A stretch of 64,000 bases of DNA from Eledone cirrhosa (lineage: Eukaryota), in assembly GCA_964016885.1 (NCBI GenBank), contig OZ024743.1, positions 357,926,001 to 357,990,000 on the forward strand, in the 5' to 3' direction. Shown here piece by piece: positions 8,829-18,838 of the stretch. Numbering within the stretch: position 1 is the stretch's first letter; the number at the start of each line of letters is the position of its first letter. The notes below the pieces were generated by a model. It ran no database searches. It saw nothing but the letters and a program-made list of their open reading frames with translations, and was not told the DNA's origin. Made by a program: the position numbers and the translations under genes.

Positions 8829-11800
8829 ATGACCTCACTCAGAATAGGCAGCATAAATGCGCGTGGCTTGGGGTCGTCATGGAAGCAGGGTCACCTGCTC
8901 AACGACCTCAGGTCACTAAACATAGATGTAGTGGCCATCAGCGAGACCAGAATCTCCGAAGCACGGGCCTTCGCACCGATCTTCGGCGGCTACGATGTGT
9001 ACGCATCTCCCAGCCGTCCTGGATCGGGTGGAGGAGTTGCTGTGCTTTTTCGGAGAGGTTTGGATCTCGCCATACGGGCCATCTTCCTGGACCCAGAGGG
9101 TAAGCTGGTGGTGCTGGACGTGACCAGCGGAGACGGGCAAGCTTTCAGGCTAGTGGCCGTCTATGCCCCGACAGGAGCAGGGCGGCCTGATTTCTTCCGG
9201 CGTCTGGAGACCTTTCTTGGAACGTCGCGCTCTTTAGTGTTAGTGGGCGACTGGAACGGGATCTTAGATGCACGCTGGGACTGTGTGGGATTAGCGGATA
9301 GGGGTGGAGGGTGCAAGAGCCTCACCAACCTGCTCAGGCGTTTTGAACTGTCTGACAGGTACCGATTGGATTTCCCGAATGTGCCAATGTGGACTTGGAC
9401 AAACCGCATAGGGTCATCCAGATCATATCTAGATAGAGTATTTTGTAGGGAAATAGATAGGTCTAGCATAGGCTGTCCACAATTCAAGATAGTCAGCTAC
9501 ACGGACCACAAATTCGTGATCTGTGTGCTTGACTTAGATAGGCTTCATAGACGAGGACCCGGCTACTGGAAGCTAAACGCGTCCTTACCAGCGCGCAAGG
9601 CCTACAGAGACCGGATTAGCGAACTAGTTAAGCGGGCGTTGACGGGGGCCATCGTCAACAACAAGTGGTGGTTTGCTCTGAAAAGAGCGATTAGAATAGA
9701 ATCGATTAGGTTTAGTAAGGCTTTAGCAATAGAGAAAAATAGAGCAGAGGGAGAACTAGTTAGAAAATTAGACGAGGCGCTTAGCAAAGGCATTGCGACC
9801 GACGTGCTTGCGGCGAAATTGGCCCTTGACCAATTCTTCAATGCAAAGCACGAAGGCTGCGTTGTCAGAGCTAGGGTGCGTGCTCTCAGACACGAGGGGA
9901 CGAAAGCCGTTCAATGGGCCCGAGTGGCGGAGGCGCGTCGTGGCAACAAAGCCACGATCCGGTCTTTGGTGGACCACGACGGGCGCATGCTACTCGATCC
10001 CGGGCAAATGTGTGAAGCTTTTCAGCGACACTTCGCTCAGCTGTTCGGGGGCAGCGGGGGGCCGGGTAGAGGGATGGACTTTAGTGTCTACCTCGACGGA
10101 CTGCCGCGGCTCTCGGCCACTGAGGCGAAGTGTTGCGAAAAGCCGATAACAGCCGCTGAAGTAAGGGAGGCAATGACTGGCTGCACAAGGGGTAAATCGC
10201 CTGGTTTGGATGGTCTGCCCTATGAACTTTACGTACAGATGCCAGACTTGTTCGGAGGCCTCTTAGCGGACGTCTACTGCAACTGGCAACAGAACGGGAG
10301 AATTCCCAGTTCTGTGAGCCGAGGAGCGGTAGCACTGCTGAGAAAGGATCCGAACAAGGGGGATAACATAGACAATTTCCGGCCCATAACTCTGCTAAAC
10401 ACAGAGTTTAAGATTTTGGCCAAGGTGCTAGCAAAGAGGTTGGCGCTTGTCGTTGGTGGTCTGGTGGGAGAGGCGCAGACATGCGCCATTCCCGACAGAT
10501 CCATCCACGACAACCTCCACCTCATGCGATACATCGTAGAGAGGGTAGCTAGGGAACCTGGCACGGGTGGGTCCTTGATCAATTTAGATCAGTCGAAAGC
10601 TTTCGATAGGGTCGACCATCGTTACCTAGCGGCAGTCCTGAGGGCGGCTGGCTTTGGGCCCGTCTTCAGAGGCTGGATCGCTGCCATGCACAGCGACATC
10701 TGCTCTGTGGTGAGAGTGAACGGTCACCTGTCGGAACCGTTCAACATCATGCGCTCGGTCCGCCAAGGATGTCCCCTCTCGTCCCTCTTGTACGTATTGA
10801 CTCTCGAGCCATTACTGCACAAACTGGAGACGTTGAGGGGAGTCCCGCGCGAACTAGGATGCGGAAGATCCGTGTCAGCATATGCGGACGATGTCACCGT
10901 AGTGGTGTCGAACGCCAAACACATCGAGGCGATCGGCACTACACTAAGAGAATACGAAGCGGTGACAGGAGCAATGATCAACCAGGAAAAGTCAGTGGGC
11001 CTGCAGCTCGGCACCTGGAGAGGCAGGTCCATGCCGTCCAACAGCGTCGTCGGGCGCTGGACGGACGGACCGGTTAAATTGCTAGGGGTCTGGTTCGGTC
11101 CGGACCTCCAGACGGACAAAAACTGGGACGAGGTGACGAGCAGGGTGGCTTCTCTCACCCAGAAATGGGCGGAGAGGAAGCTATCCCTGAAAGGTCGAGC
11201 GGAGGTGGCTAACGCGTACATCGCGTCTGTCATCTGCTACCGCCTAACCGTCGTACCTTGTCCTAAGCCTCGCCTGACTGCGCTGGAGCGTTTGCTCTTT
11301 CGCTTTTTGTGGAAGGGACGTGCTCCGATGGTCAGGCGGTCCATCTGTTGTCAACACCCGCTACGTGGAGGGCTGGGCATGCCGTGGCTGATGATGCGCA
11401 GGCACGCGCTCAGGCTACGACATCTCCACCTCTTCCTCGACGGTGATCAGGTGTGGTCGCCGTTTGCTAGACGCGTTTTTCCCCAGCTCGTTTCCTTGAC
11501 GGAGCTGCAGTCCTGGGTCAAGCGAAGACCGAGAGGGAGCGCCTGGAGACTGGAATGTCTTCAGGCGCTCACAGCCCTCGACCAATCGGGCAATGTGATC
11601 GGTGGAAACTCCACCTCGGCGTTCTATAGAGGATTAGTGGAGGGGAAGAGCGACGACGTACTTGGGGAAACTCTAGGCGTCGACGAAAATCAACTAGCCA
11701 ATCTCTTCGGAAGAACTTTCGGGCCAGGGCCTATGGACAACTTCCAGAAATCTCTGGCCTGGCAGTGCTACCGAGGAGCCTTGCCAGTTCGGGATAAACT

Positions 11801-12248
11801 CTACAGGCATGGAGGTGCCGTCAGCCGGGCATGTCCGAGATGCGCGCAGGGCGACGAAACCGTCCTGCACGCACTCGTCCAGTGTCCGAAAATTGCTGAC
11901 TTGTGGGTTTATGTCGAACACCTGCTGTCGCGTTTAGGACGGATCCAGCTATCATCTGAGTCCATCGTGAGGATTGCCCCGCCCTCCTCCTTTAGCCGGG
12001 AAGGGCAGGCAGTTTTTATCTGTCTGGTGGCCATGGCGAAAGAGATAGTATGGTGGACACGTTTGAAAGGGCTGAAGACGAGCACTTACCTCTTCGGTGA
12101 TGCTCTGATTGACTTTTTCAAATTTCATTTGAAAAGGAAAATCAGAGTAGAGAGGGAAGTGCTCTCTTCCCAGCATTTTGTTGAAAGATGGGTGAGAGAA
12201 GCAAGAATGGCCCGAGTGAATGGGCCGACTCTGAGTATATATCTGTAA
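8829..12248 (+). CDS. ORF2p: APE endonuclease, reverse transcriptase, C-terminal Zn motif (copy 1, 1139 aa)
   Basis: EN motifs SINARGL, SET, VYAP, GDWN, LDRV, TDH; RT motifs PGLDG, FRPITLLN, DQSKAFDRV, RQGCPLS, YADD, NQEKS; CPRC-X8-H-X4-C. Confidence 0.97.
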   Translation: MTSLRIGSINARGLGSSWKQGHLLNDLRSLNIDVVAISETRISEARAFAPIFGGYDVYASPSRPGSGGGVAVLFRRGLDLAIRAIFLDPEGKLVVLDVTSGDGQAFRLVAVYAPTGAGRPDFFRRLETFLGTSRSLVLVGDWNGILDARWDCVGLADRGGGCKSLTNLLRRFELSDRYRLDFPNVPMWTWTNRIGSSRSYLDRVFCREIDRSSIGCPQFKIVSYTDHKFVICVLDLDRLHRRGPGYWKLNASLPARKAYRDRISELVKRALTGAIVNNKWWFALKRAIRIESIRFSKALAIEKNRAEGELVRKLDEALSKGIATDVLAAKLALDQFFNAKHEGCVVRARVRALRHEGTKAVQWARVAEARRGNKATIRSLVDHDGRMLLDPGQMCEAFQRHFAQLFGGSGGPGRGMDFSVYLDGLPRLSATEAKCCEKPITAAEVREAMTGCTRGKSPGLDGLPYELYVQMPDLFGGLLADVYCNWQQNGRIPSSVSRGAVALLRKDPNKGDNIDNFRPITLLNTEFKILAKVLAKRLALVVGGLVGEAQTCAIPDRSIHDNLHLMRYIVERVAREPGTGGSLINLDQSKAFDRVDHRYLAAVLRAAGFGPVFRGWIAAMHSDICSVVRVNGHLSEPFNIMRSVRQGCPLSSLLYVLTLEPLLHKLETLRGVPRELGCGRSVSAYADDVTVVVSNAKHIEAIGTTLREYEAVTGAMINQEKSVGLQLGTWRGRSMPSNSVVGRWTDGPVKLLGVWFGPDLQTDKNWDEVTSRVASLTQKWAERKLSLKGRAEVANAYIASVICYRLTVVPCPKPRLTALERLLFRFLWKGRAPMVRRSICCQHPLRGGLGMPWLMMRRHALRLRHLHLFLDGDQVWSPFARRVFPQLVSLTELQSWVKRRPRGSAWRLECLQALTALDQSGNVIGGNSTSAFYRGLVEGKSDDVLGETLGVDENQLANLFGRTFGPGPMDNFQKSLAWQCYRGALPVRDKLYRHGGAVSRACPRCAQGDETVLHALVQCPKIADLWVYVEHLLSRLGRIQLSSESIVRIAPPSSFSREGQAVFICLVAMAKEIVWWTRLKGLKTSTYLFGDALIDFFKFHLKRKIRVEREVLSSQHFVERWVREARMARVNGPTLSIYL

Positions 12249-12507
12249 ACTAAAGGTGGAAAACTGGGAGAGGGCACTTGCCTTGGTGGTCAGGGTCATT
12301 GTGGCTTTTTACTGGGCTTTCTCCACAAATGTCCCTCCGAAGTCTCCCCCCTATTGGGGAATTTTTCATTGTTATTTTCATTGTTATTTTTGTTACATCC
12401 TCTGTTTTTGTTTTTTTACACGCAGAAATGCCCATTTGTACCGTCCTGCATTGTCCTGCACTGTCCTTAATGTCTACTTTATGTAAACCCTTGTGGTTAA
12501 TAAAGAA

Positions 12508-12558
12508 ATCATTATTATTATTATTATTATTATTATTGTTATTATTATTATTATTATT
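12508..12558. repeat. linker ATC(ATT)9GTT(ATT)6
   Basis: Counted directly. Confidence 0.9.
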
Positions 12559-12771
12559 GAATGCCATGGTTGACGGAGGCTCGGCTCTGTAAGGTATAGT
12601 AATTTTTAACCGTTAAAACAATTGTAAATTGTTTAAAACTTGAACCAAATTGTTGATAAAGACACCCTCCTCCTCGTGAGAGGGGTCTTTCTGTCCGTTA
12701 TTTGGCCCTTCGGGGTTAAATAACCAGTTATTGGGGTTTTGTACCCAAAATTTCATTTTAAACAAAAAAAC

Positions 12772-14868
12772 ATGGCTACCAAAAAGAAATTTCATACGTC
12801 ACTCCCACTCATTCCGTCTTCTTCTTCCTCAATCATCACTACAGCAGAGAGAAGATTGTCTCTCTCCCTCCCTTCTTTAAATGTGTCTCTCTCCCTCCCT
12901 TCTCTTTCGCAAGCGACGAAAGAAAATAAAAGTCTCGTGCAAAGCGTGCAAGGTTTCTCCACGACGACGACGACAGCGACGAAACAGGTGTGCGGGAAAT
13001 ACGAAAACCCAGTTCATTCGTCTGACGTCAGGAATAATAGCAGTAGCAGCCGTAATAACAACAGCAACAGTGACAATGAAAACAACAGTAGCAGCCGCAA
13101 CAGCATCACCAGCAGCATAAACAACAACAGCATTAGCAGCAGCAACACCAACAACAACCACAGCAACAGCGGCGGAGGCAGTAGTCGTAGTACCTGCAGC
13201 AACAACAAAAGTACCAGCAGCTCTGACGACAACAACAACAGCAGAGAAAAACCAATCTCATTTGCAGGTATTGCGAAAAACCTGGAAACAATCCTCATAA
13301 CAAATGAGGAATTAGAGGAAGCGAAGAAGATGGTGACAAAGAACGGACACCGAGCAATCTGCAAGGCAGCGAAAAATTTTTTCGAAACCCAAGAGCACTG
13401 TACGGTCACGTACCGTACAGTAAGTACAAAATCCCGTAGGGTGGAAAGAGCCACAGAGGCCCAAATACAAAAAGCCTTGGGGTCTGTGTGGCAGAGGAAA
13501 ACGCACATCACCCGAGGCAAAAAATACGCCACCGTAGACGTACTTTTTGCCACACCCCAGGAGGCAAAGGCCCAATCAGTAGTGACCCTAAGGAGCGAGG
13601 AAATGGTGTTGGTGCCCTCCTACTGCGGGCAAAAAATTGTGAGGGTCAAACTGACCCACGTCCCCCCCGGAATGACCCCTTCTTGGCTGGCCGCGTCTGT
13701 CCTCGTCGGAATCGAGGACAAAACAACTGTACTGCAAGTACAGAAAAAAGTAAGAGAAGATTGGGTCGGCTCCTCCATTGAGATGCTAATCCAAACCAAC
13801 CAGGAGTGCATCGAAGCTATCCCGGATGTGATAGACTTCGATAACGGCACTCAACTGCCCATAAGTGTTGAGGGCAAACGCCCGAAATGCTTTCGCTGTG
13901 GATCGAAGACTCACCTCAGGGCCTTCTGCAACGAGAAGACCCTGAGAAAGGAGAAAACCCCCCTCCTCCCGAATCCGGTTCCACGGCTACCAGCAACAGG
14001 ACAAGCGGCAACCAGGAACGATAGGTCCGTGGCACCCATACCCACTCCACGGAAATCAAAGACAGCAGCAGCAGTGGAAATATTAACAACAACAACAGCA
14101 ATACCAAATGCAGCTGCAACAGAGACTCCAGTGCAAACATCACCAACAACAACAAGTGAAAGAGTGGAGCTGGTACCCCTCCCCGACCTTACAGAATCAG
14201 ACATGGAGTGTGAGGTGGGAGAGGGATGGCAAAAGGTCTCAAGAAGGCACAAACGCAGAAGCAGCGCATCGTCGCCTTTGAAAAGGGAGGAAAGAAATGA
14301 GAAAAGGGTAAAGTCTACTGCAAAGAGACCCACAGCAGCAACACCACCAACACCATCACCACCCACACCAGCACCACCATCACCACCGGCGACAACCCCA
14401 CCGCCAACAACACCTTCAACACCACCACCACAAGCACCAACATCGCAAACACAACAACAAAACACACACACCCAGCAACAACGACAAGAAAATAGCAGAA
14501 CCACACCCCACCCCCAGAAAAACAAATGCACGGCAATAAACACACACAACAAGAAACTAATGACTTACATAATTGAACACACAGACATTTCACAACAGGA
14601 CTACATAATACCAGCACCAATCAAAACGCCAACTAACATAAGACTGCTAAAAATAGCACAGAAACAATACACAAACATTAAAACGAAATTCCCCAACGCA
14701 GTTGGTGATTTCAGGGACCTAGGAGGAACCATTAATCGAAGAGTATATTCAGACATTCTCTTAGAAGAGCCGACGACCAGCCGAAGGGACGATTCAACGG
14801 TCCCTTCACCAGACGATCAAGTGAAAAGGGATGTAAAAACCATCCCTCCTCTACCAAAAATACGGTAA
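12772..14868 (+). CDS. ORF1p copy 2
   Basis: As copy 1. Confidence 0.9.
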   Translation: MATKKKFHTSLPLIPSSSSSIITTAERRLSLSLPSLNVSLSLPSLSQATKENKSLVQSVQGFSTTTTTATKQVCGKYENPVHSSDVRNNSSSSRNNNSNSDNENNSSSRNSITSSINNNSISSSNTNNNHSNSGGGSSRSTCSNNKSTSSSDDNNNSREKPISFAGIAKNLETILITNEELEEAKKMVTKNGHRAICKAAKNFFETQEHCTVTYRTVSTKSRRVERATEAQIQKALGSVWQRKTHITRGKKYATVDVLFATPQEAKAQSVVTLRSEEMVLVPSYCGQKIVRVKLTHVPPGMTPSWLAASVLVGIEDKTTVLQVQKKVREDWVGSSIEMLIQTNQECIEAIPDVIDFDNGTQLPISVEGKRPKCFRCGSKTHLRAFCNEKTLRKEKTPLLPNPVPRLPATGQAATRNDRSVAPIPTPRKSKTAAAVEILTTTTAIPNAAATETPVQTSPTTTSERVELVPLPDLTESDMECEVGEGWQKVSRRHKRRSSASSPLKREERNEKRVKSTAKRPTAATPPTPSPPTPAPPSPPATTPPPTTPSTPPPQAPTSQTQQQNTHTQQQRQENSRTTPHPQKNKCTAINTHNKKLMTYIIEHTDISQQDYIIPAPIKTPTNIRLLKIAQKQYTNIKTKFPNAVGDFRDLGGTINRRVYSDILLEEPTTSRRDDSTVPSPDDQVKRDVKTIPPLPKIR

Positions 14869-14903
14869 GTGGTCTTTCCCATCTTTTCCACTCTATTTTA
14901 AAC

Positions 14904-17900
14904 ATGACCTCACTCAGAATAGGCAGCATAAATGCGCGTGGCTTGGGGTCGTCATGGAAGCAGGGTCACCTGCTCAACGACCTCAGGTCACTAAACATAG
15001 ATGTAGTGGCCATCAGCGAGACCAGAATCTCCGAAGCACGGGCCTTCGCACCGATCTTCGGCGGCTACGATGTGTACGCATCTCCCAGCCGTCCTGGATC
15101 GGGTGGAGGAGTTGCTGTGCTTTTTCGGAGAGGTTTGGATCTCGCCATACGGGCCATCTTCCTGGACCCAGAGGGTAAGCTGGTGGTGCTGGACGTGACC
15201 AGCGGAGACGGGCAAGCTTTCAGGCTAGTGGCCGTCTATGCCCCGACAGGAGCAGGGCGGCCTGATTTCTTCCGGCGTCTGGAGACCTTTCTTGGAACGT
15301 CGCGCTCTTTAGTGTTAGTGGGCGACTGGAACGGGATCTTAGATGCACGCTGGGACTGTGTGGGATTAGCGGATAGGGGTGGAGGGTGCAAGAGCCTCAC
15401 CAACCTGCTCAGGCGTTTTGAACTGTCTGACAGGTACCGATTGGATTTCCCGAATGTGCCAATGTGGACTTGGACAAACCGCATAGGGTCATCCAGATCA
15501 TATCTAGATAGAGTATTTTGTAGGGAAATAGATAGGTCTAGCATAGGCTGTCCACAATTCAAGATAGTCAGCTACACGGACCACAAATTCGTGATCTGTG
15601 TGCTTGACTTAGATAGGCTTCATAGACGAGGACCCGGCTACTGGAAGCTAAACGCGTCCTTACCAGCGCGCAAGGCCTACAGAGACCGGATTAGCGAACT
15701 AGTTAAGCGGGCGTTGACGGGGGCCATCGTCAACAACAAGTGGTGGTTTGCTCTGAAAAGAGCGATTAGAATAGAATCGATTAGGTTTAGTAAGGCTTTA
15801 GCAATAGAGAAAAATAGAGCAGAGGGAGAACTAGTTAGAAAATTAGACGAGGCGCTTAGCAAAGGCATTGCGACCGACGTGCTTGCGGCGAAATTGGCCC
15901 TTGACCAATTCTTCAATGCAAAGCACGAAGGCTGCGTTGTCAGAGCTAGGGTGCGTGCTCTCAGACACGAGGGGACGAAAGCCGTTCAATGGGCCCGAGT
16001 GGCGGAGGCGCGTCGTGGCAACAAAGCCACGATCCGGTCTTTGGTGGACCACGACGGGCGCATGCTACTCGATCCCGGGCAAATGTGTGAAGCTTTTCAG
16101 CGACACTTCGCTCAGCTGTTCGGGGGCAGCGGGGGGCCGGGTAGAGGGATGGACTTTAGTGTCTACCTCGACGGACTGCCGCGGCTCTCGGCCACTGAGG
16201 CGAAGTGTTGCGAAAAGCCGATAACAGCCGCTGAAGTAAGGGAGGCAATGACTGGCTGCACAAGGGGTAAATCGCCTGGTTTGGATGGTCTGCCCTATGA
16301 ACTTTACGTACAGATGCCAGACTTGTTCGGAGGCCTCTTGACGGACGTCTACTGCAACTGGCAACAGAACGGGAGAATTCCCAGTTCTGTGAGCCGAGGA
16401 GCGGTGGCACTGCTGAGAAAGGATCCGAACAAGGGGGATAACATAGACAATTTCCGGCCCATAACTCTGCTAAACACAGAGTTTAAGATTTTGGCCAAGG
16501 TGCTAGCAAAGAGGTTGGCGCTTGTCGTTGGTGGTCTGGTGGGAGAGGCGCAGACATGCGCCATTCCCGACAGATCCATCCACGACAACCTCCACCTCAT
16601 GCGATACATCGTAGAGAGGGTAGCTAGGGAACCTGGCACGGGTGGGTCCTTGATCAATTTAGATCAGTCGAAAGCTTTCGATAGGGTCGACCATCGTTAC
16701 CTAGCGGCAGTCCTGAGGGCGGCTGGCTTTGGGCCCGTCTTCAGAGGCTGGATCGCTGCCATGCACAGCGACATCTGCTCTGTGGTGAGAGTGAACGGTC
16801 ACCTGTCGGAACCGTTCAACATCATGCGCTCGGTCCGCCAAGGATGTCCCCTCTCGTCCCTCTTGTACGTATTGACTCTCGAGCCATTACTGCACAAACT
16901 GGAGACGTTGAGGGGAGTCCCGCGCGAACTAGGATGCGGAAGATCCGTGTCAGCATATGCGGACGATGTCACCGTAGTGGTGTCGAACGCCAAACACATC
17001 GAGGCGATCGGCACTACACTAAGAGAATACGAAGCGGTGACAGGAGCAATGATCAACCAGGAAAAGTCAGTGGGCCTGCAGCTCGGCACCTGGAGAGGCA
17101 GGTCCATGCCGTCCAACAGCGTCGTCGGGCGCTGGACGGACGGACCGGTTAAATTGCTAGGGGTCTGGTTCGGTCCGGACCTCCAGACGGACAAAAACTG
17201 GGACGAGGTGACGAGCAGGGTGGCTTCTCTCACCCAGAAATGGGCGGAGAGGAAGCTATCCCTGAAAGGTCGAGCGGAGGTGGCTAACGCGTACATCGCG
17301 TCTGTCATCTGCTACCGCCTAACCGTCGTACCTTGTCCTAAGCCTCGCCTGACTGCGCTGGAGCGTTTGCTCTTTCGCTTTTTGTGGAAGGGACGTGCTC
17401 CGATGGTCAGGCGGTCCATCTGTTGTCAACACCCGCTACGTGGAGGGCTGGGCATGCCGTGGCTGATGATGCGCAGGCACGCGCTCAGGCTACGACATCT
17501 CCACCTCTTCCTCGACGGTGATCAGGTGTGGTCGCCGTTTGCTAGACGCGTTTTTCCCCAGCTCGTTTCCTTGACGGAGCTGCAGTCCTGGGTCAAGCGA
17601 AGACCGAGAGGGAGCGCCTGGAGACTGGAATGTCTTCAGGCGCTCACAGCCCTCGACCAATCGGGCAATGTGATCGGTGGAAACTCCACCTCGGCGTTCT
17701 ATAGAGGATTAGTGGAGGGGAAGAGCGACGACGTACTTGGGGAAACTCTAGGCGTCGACGAAAATCAACTAGCCAATCTCTTCGGAAGAACCTTCGGGCC
17801 AGGGCCTATGGACAACTTCCAGAAATCTCTGGCCTGGCAGTGCTACCGAGGAGCCTTGCCAGTTCGGGATAAACTCTACAGGCATGGAGGTGCCGTCAGC

Positions 17901-18323
17901 CGGGCATGTCCGAGATGCGCGCAGGGCGACGAAACCGTCCTGCACGCACTCGTCCAGTGTCCGAAAATTGCTGACTTGTGGGTTTATGTCGAACACCTGC
18001 TGTCGCGTTTAGGACGGATCCAGCTATCATCTGAGTCTATCGTGAGGATTGCCCCGCCCTCCTCCTTTAGCCGGGAAGGGCAGGCAGTTTTTATCTGTCT
18101 GGTGGCCATGGCGAAAGAGATAGTATGGTGGACACGTTTGAAAGGGCTGAAGACGAGCACTTACCTCTTCGGTGATGCTCTGATTGACTTTTTCAAATTT
18201 CATTTGAAAAGGAAAATCAGAGTAGAGAAGGAAGTGCTCTCTTCCCAGCATTTTGTTGAAAGATGGGTGAGAGAAGCAAGAATGGCCCGAGTGAATGGGC
18301 CGACTCTGAGTATATATCTGTAA
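14904..18323 (+). CDS. ORF2p copy 2
   Basis: As copy 1, intact 1139 aa. Confidence 0.97.
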   Translation: MTSLRIGSINARGLGSSWKQGHLLNDLRSLNIDVVAISETRISEARAFAPIFGGYDVYASPSRPGSGGGVAVLFRRGLDLAIRAIFLDPEGKLVVLDVTSGDGQAFRLVAVYAPTGAGRPDFFRRLETFLGTSRSLVLVGDWNGILDARWDCVGLADRGGGCKSLTNLLRRFELSDRYRLDFPNVPMWTWTNRIGSSRSYLDRVFCREIDRSSIGCPQFKIVSYTDHKFVICVLDLDRLHRRGPGYWKLNASLPARKAYRDRISELVKRALTGAIVNNKWWFALKRAIRIESIRFSKALAIEKNRAEGELVRKLDEALSKGIATDVLAAKLALDQFFNAKHEGCVVRARVRALRHEGTKAVQWARVAEARRGNKATIRSLVDHDGRMLLDPGQMCEAFQRHFAQLFGGSGGPGRGMDFSVYLDGLPRLSATEAKCCEKPITAAEVREAMTGCTRGKSPGLDGLPYELYVQMPDLFGGLLTDVYCNWQQNGRIPSSVSRGAVALLRKDPNKGDNIDNFRPITLLNTEFKILAKVLAKRLALVVGGLVGEAQTCAIPDRSIHDNLHLMRYIVERVAREPGTGGSLINLDQSKAFDRVDHRYLAAVLRAAGFGPVFRGWIAAMHSDICSVVRVNGHLSEPFNIMRSVRQGCPLSSLLYVLTLEPLLHKLETLRGVPRELGCGRSVSAYADDVTVVVSNAKHIEAIGTTLREYEAVTGAMINQEKSVGLQLGTWRGRSMPSNSVVGRWTDGPVKLLGVWFGPDLQTDKNWDEVTSRVASLTQKWAERKLSLKGRAEVANAYIASVICYRLTVVPCPKPRLTALERLLFRFLWKGRAPMVRRSICCQHPLRGGLGMPWLMMRRHALRLRHLHLFLDGDQVWSPFARRVFPQLVSLTELQSWVKRRPRGSAWRLECLQALTALDQSGNVIGGNSTSAFYRGLVEGKSDDVLGETLGVDENQLANLFGRTFGPGPMDNFQKSLAWQCYRGALPVRDKLYRHGGAVSRACPRCAQGDETVLHALVQCPKIADLWVYVEHLLSRLGRIQLSSESIVRIAPPSSFSREGQAVFICLVAMAKEIVWWTRLKGLKTSTYLFGDALIDFFKFHLKRKIRVEKEVLSSQHFVERWVREARMARVNGPTLSIYL

Positions 18324-18583
18324 ACTAAAGGTGGAAAACTGGGAGAGGGCACTTGCCTTGGTGGTCAGGGTCATTGTGGCTTTTTACTGGGCTTTCTCCA
18401 CAAATGTTCCTCCGAAGTCTCCCCCCTATTGGGGAATTTTTCATTGTTATTTTCATTGTTATTTTTGTTACATCCTCTATTTTTGTTTTTTTTACACGCA
18501 GAAATGCCCATTTGTACCGTCCTGCATTGTCCTGCACTGTCCTTAATGTCTACTTTATGTAAACCCTTGTGGTTAATAAAGAA

Positions 18584-18625
18584 ATCATTATTATTATTAT
18601 TATTGTTATTATTATTATTATTATT
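18584..18625. repeat. linker ATC(ATT)6GTT(ATT)6
   Basis: Counted directly. Confidence 0.9.
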
Positions 18626-18838
18626 GAATGCCATGGTTGACGGAGGCTCGGCTCTGTAAGGTATAGTAATTTTTAACCGTTAAAACAATTGTAAATTGTT
18701 TAAAACTTGAACCAAATTGTTGATAAAGACACCCTCCTCCTCGTGAGAGGGGTCTTTCTGTCCGTTATTTGGCCCTTCGGGGTTAAATAGCCAGTTATTG
18801 GGGTTTTGTACCCAAAATTTCATTTTAAACAAAAAAAC

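Larger units (their letters stand above)
6481..12507 (+). mobile_element. L1/Tx1-type non-LTR retrotransposon, copy 1, full length (6027 bp)
   Basis: 5' UTR, ORF1, ORF2 (APE-RT), 3' UTR ending AATAAAGAA before the ATC(ATT)n linker. Confidence 0.95.
12559..18583 (+). mobile_element. retrotransposon copy 2, full length
   Basis: Near-identical to copy 1; 3-bp shorter Lys run in ORF1. Confidence 0.95.

Noticed and set aside
12508-12558. ATT linkers as telomeric repeats
   Set aside because: No TTAGGG or TTAGG motif; nothing in the window indicates a chromosome end
6806-12592. Many small overlapping and antisense ORFs repeated in each unit
   Set aside because: Shadows of low-complexity ORF1 and GC-rich ORF2; they recur only because the unit is repeated, and none has a recognisable domain
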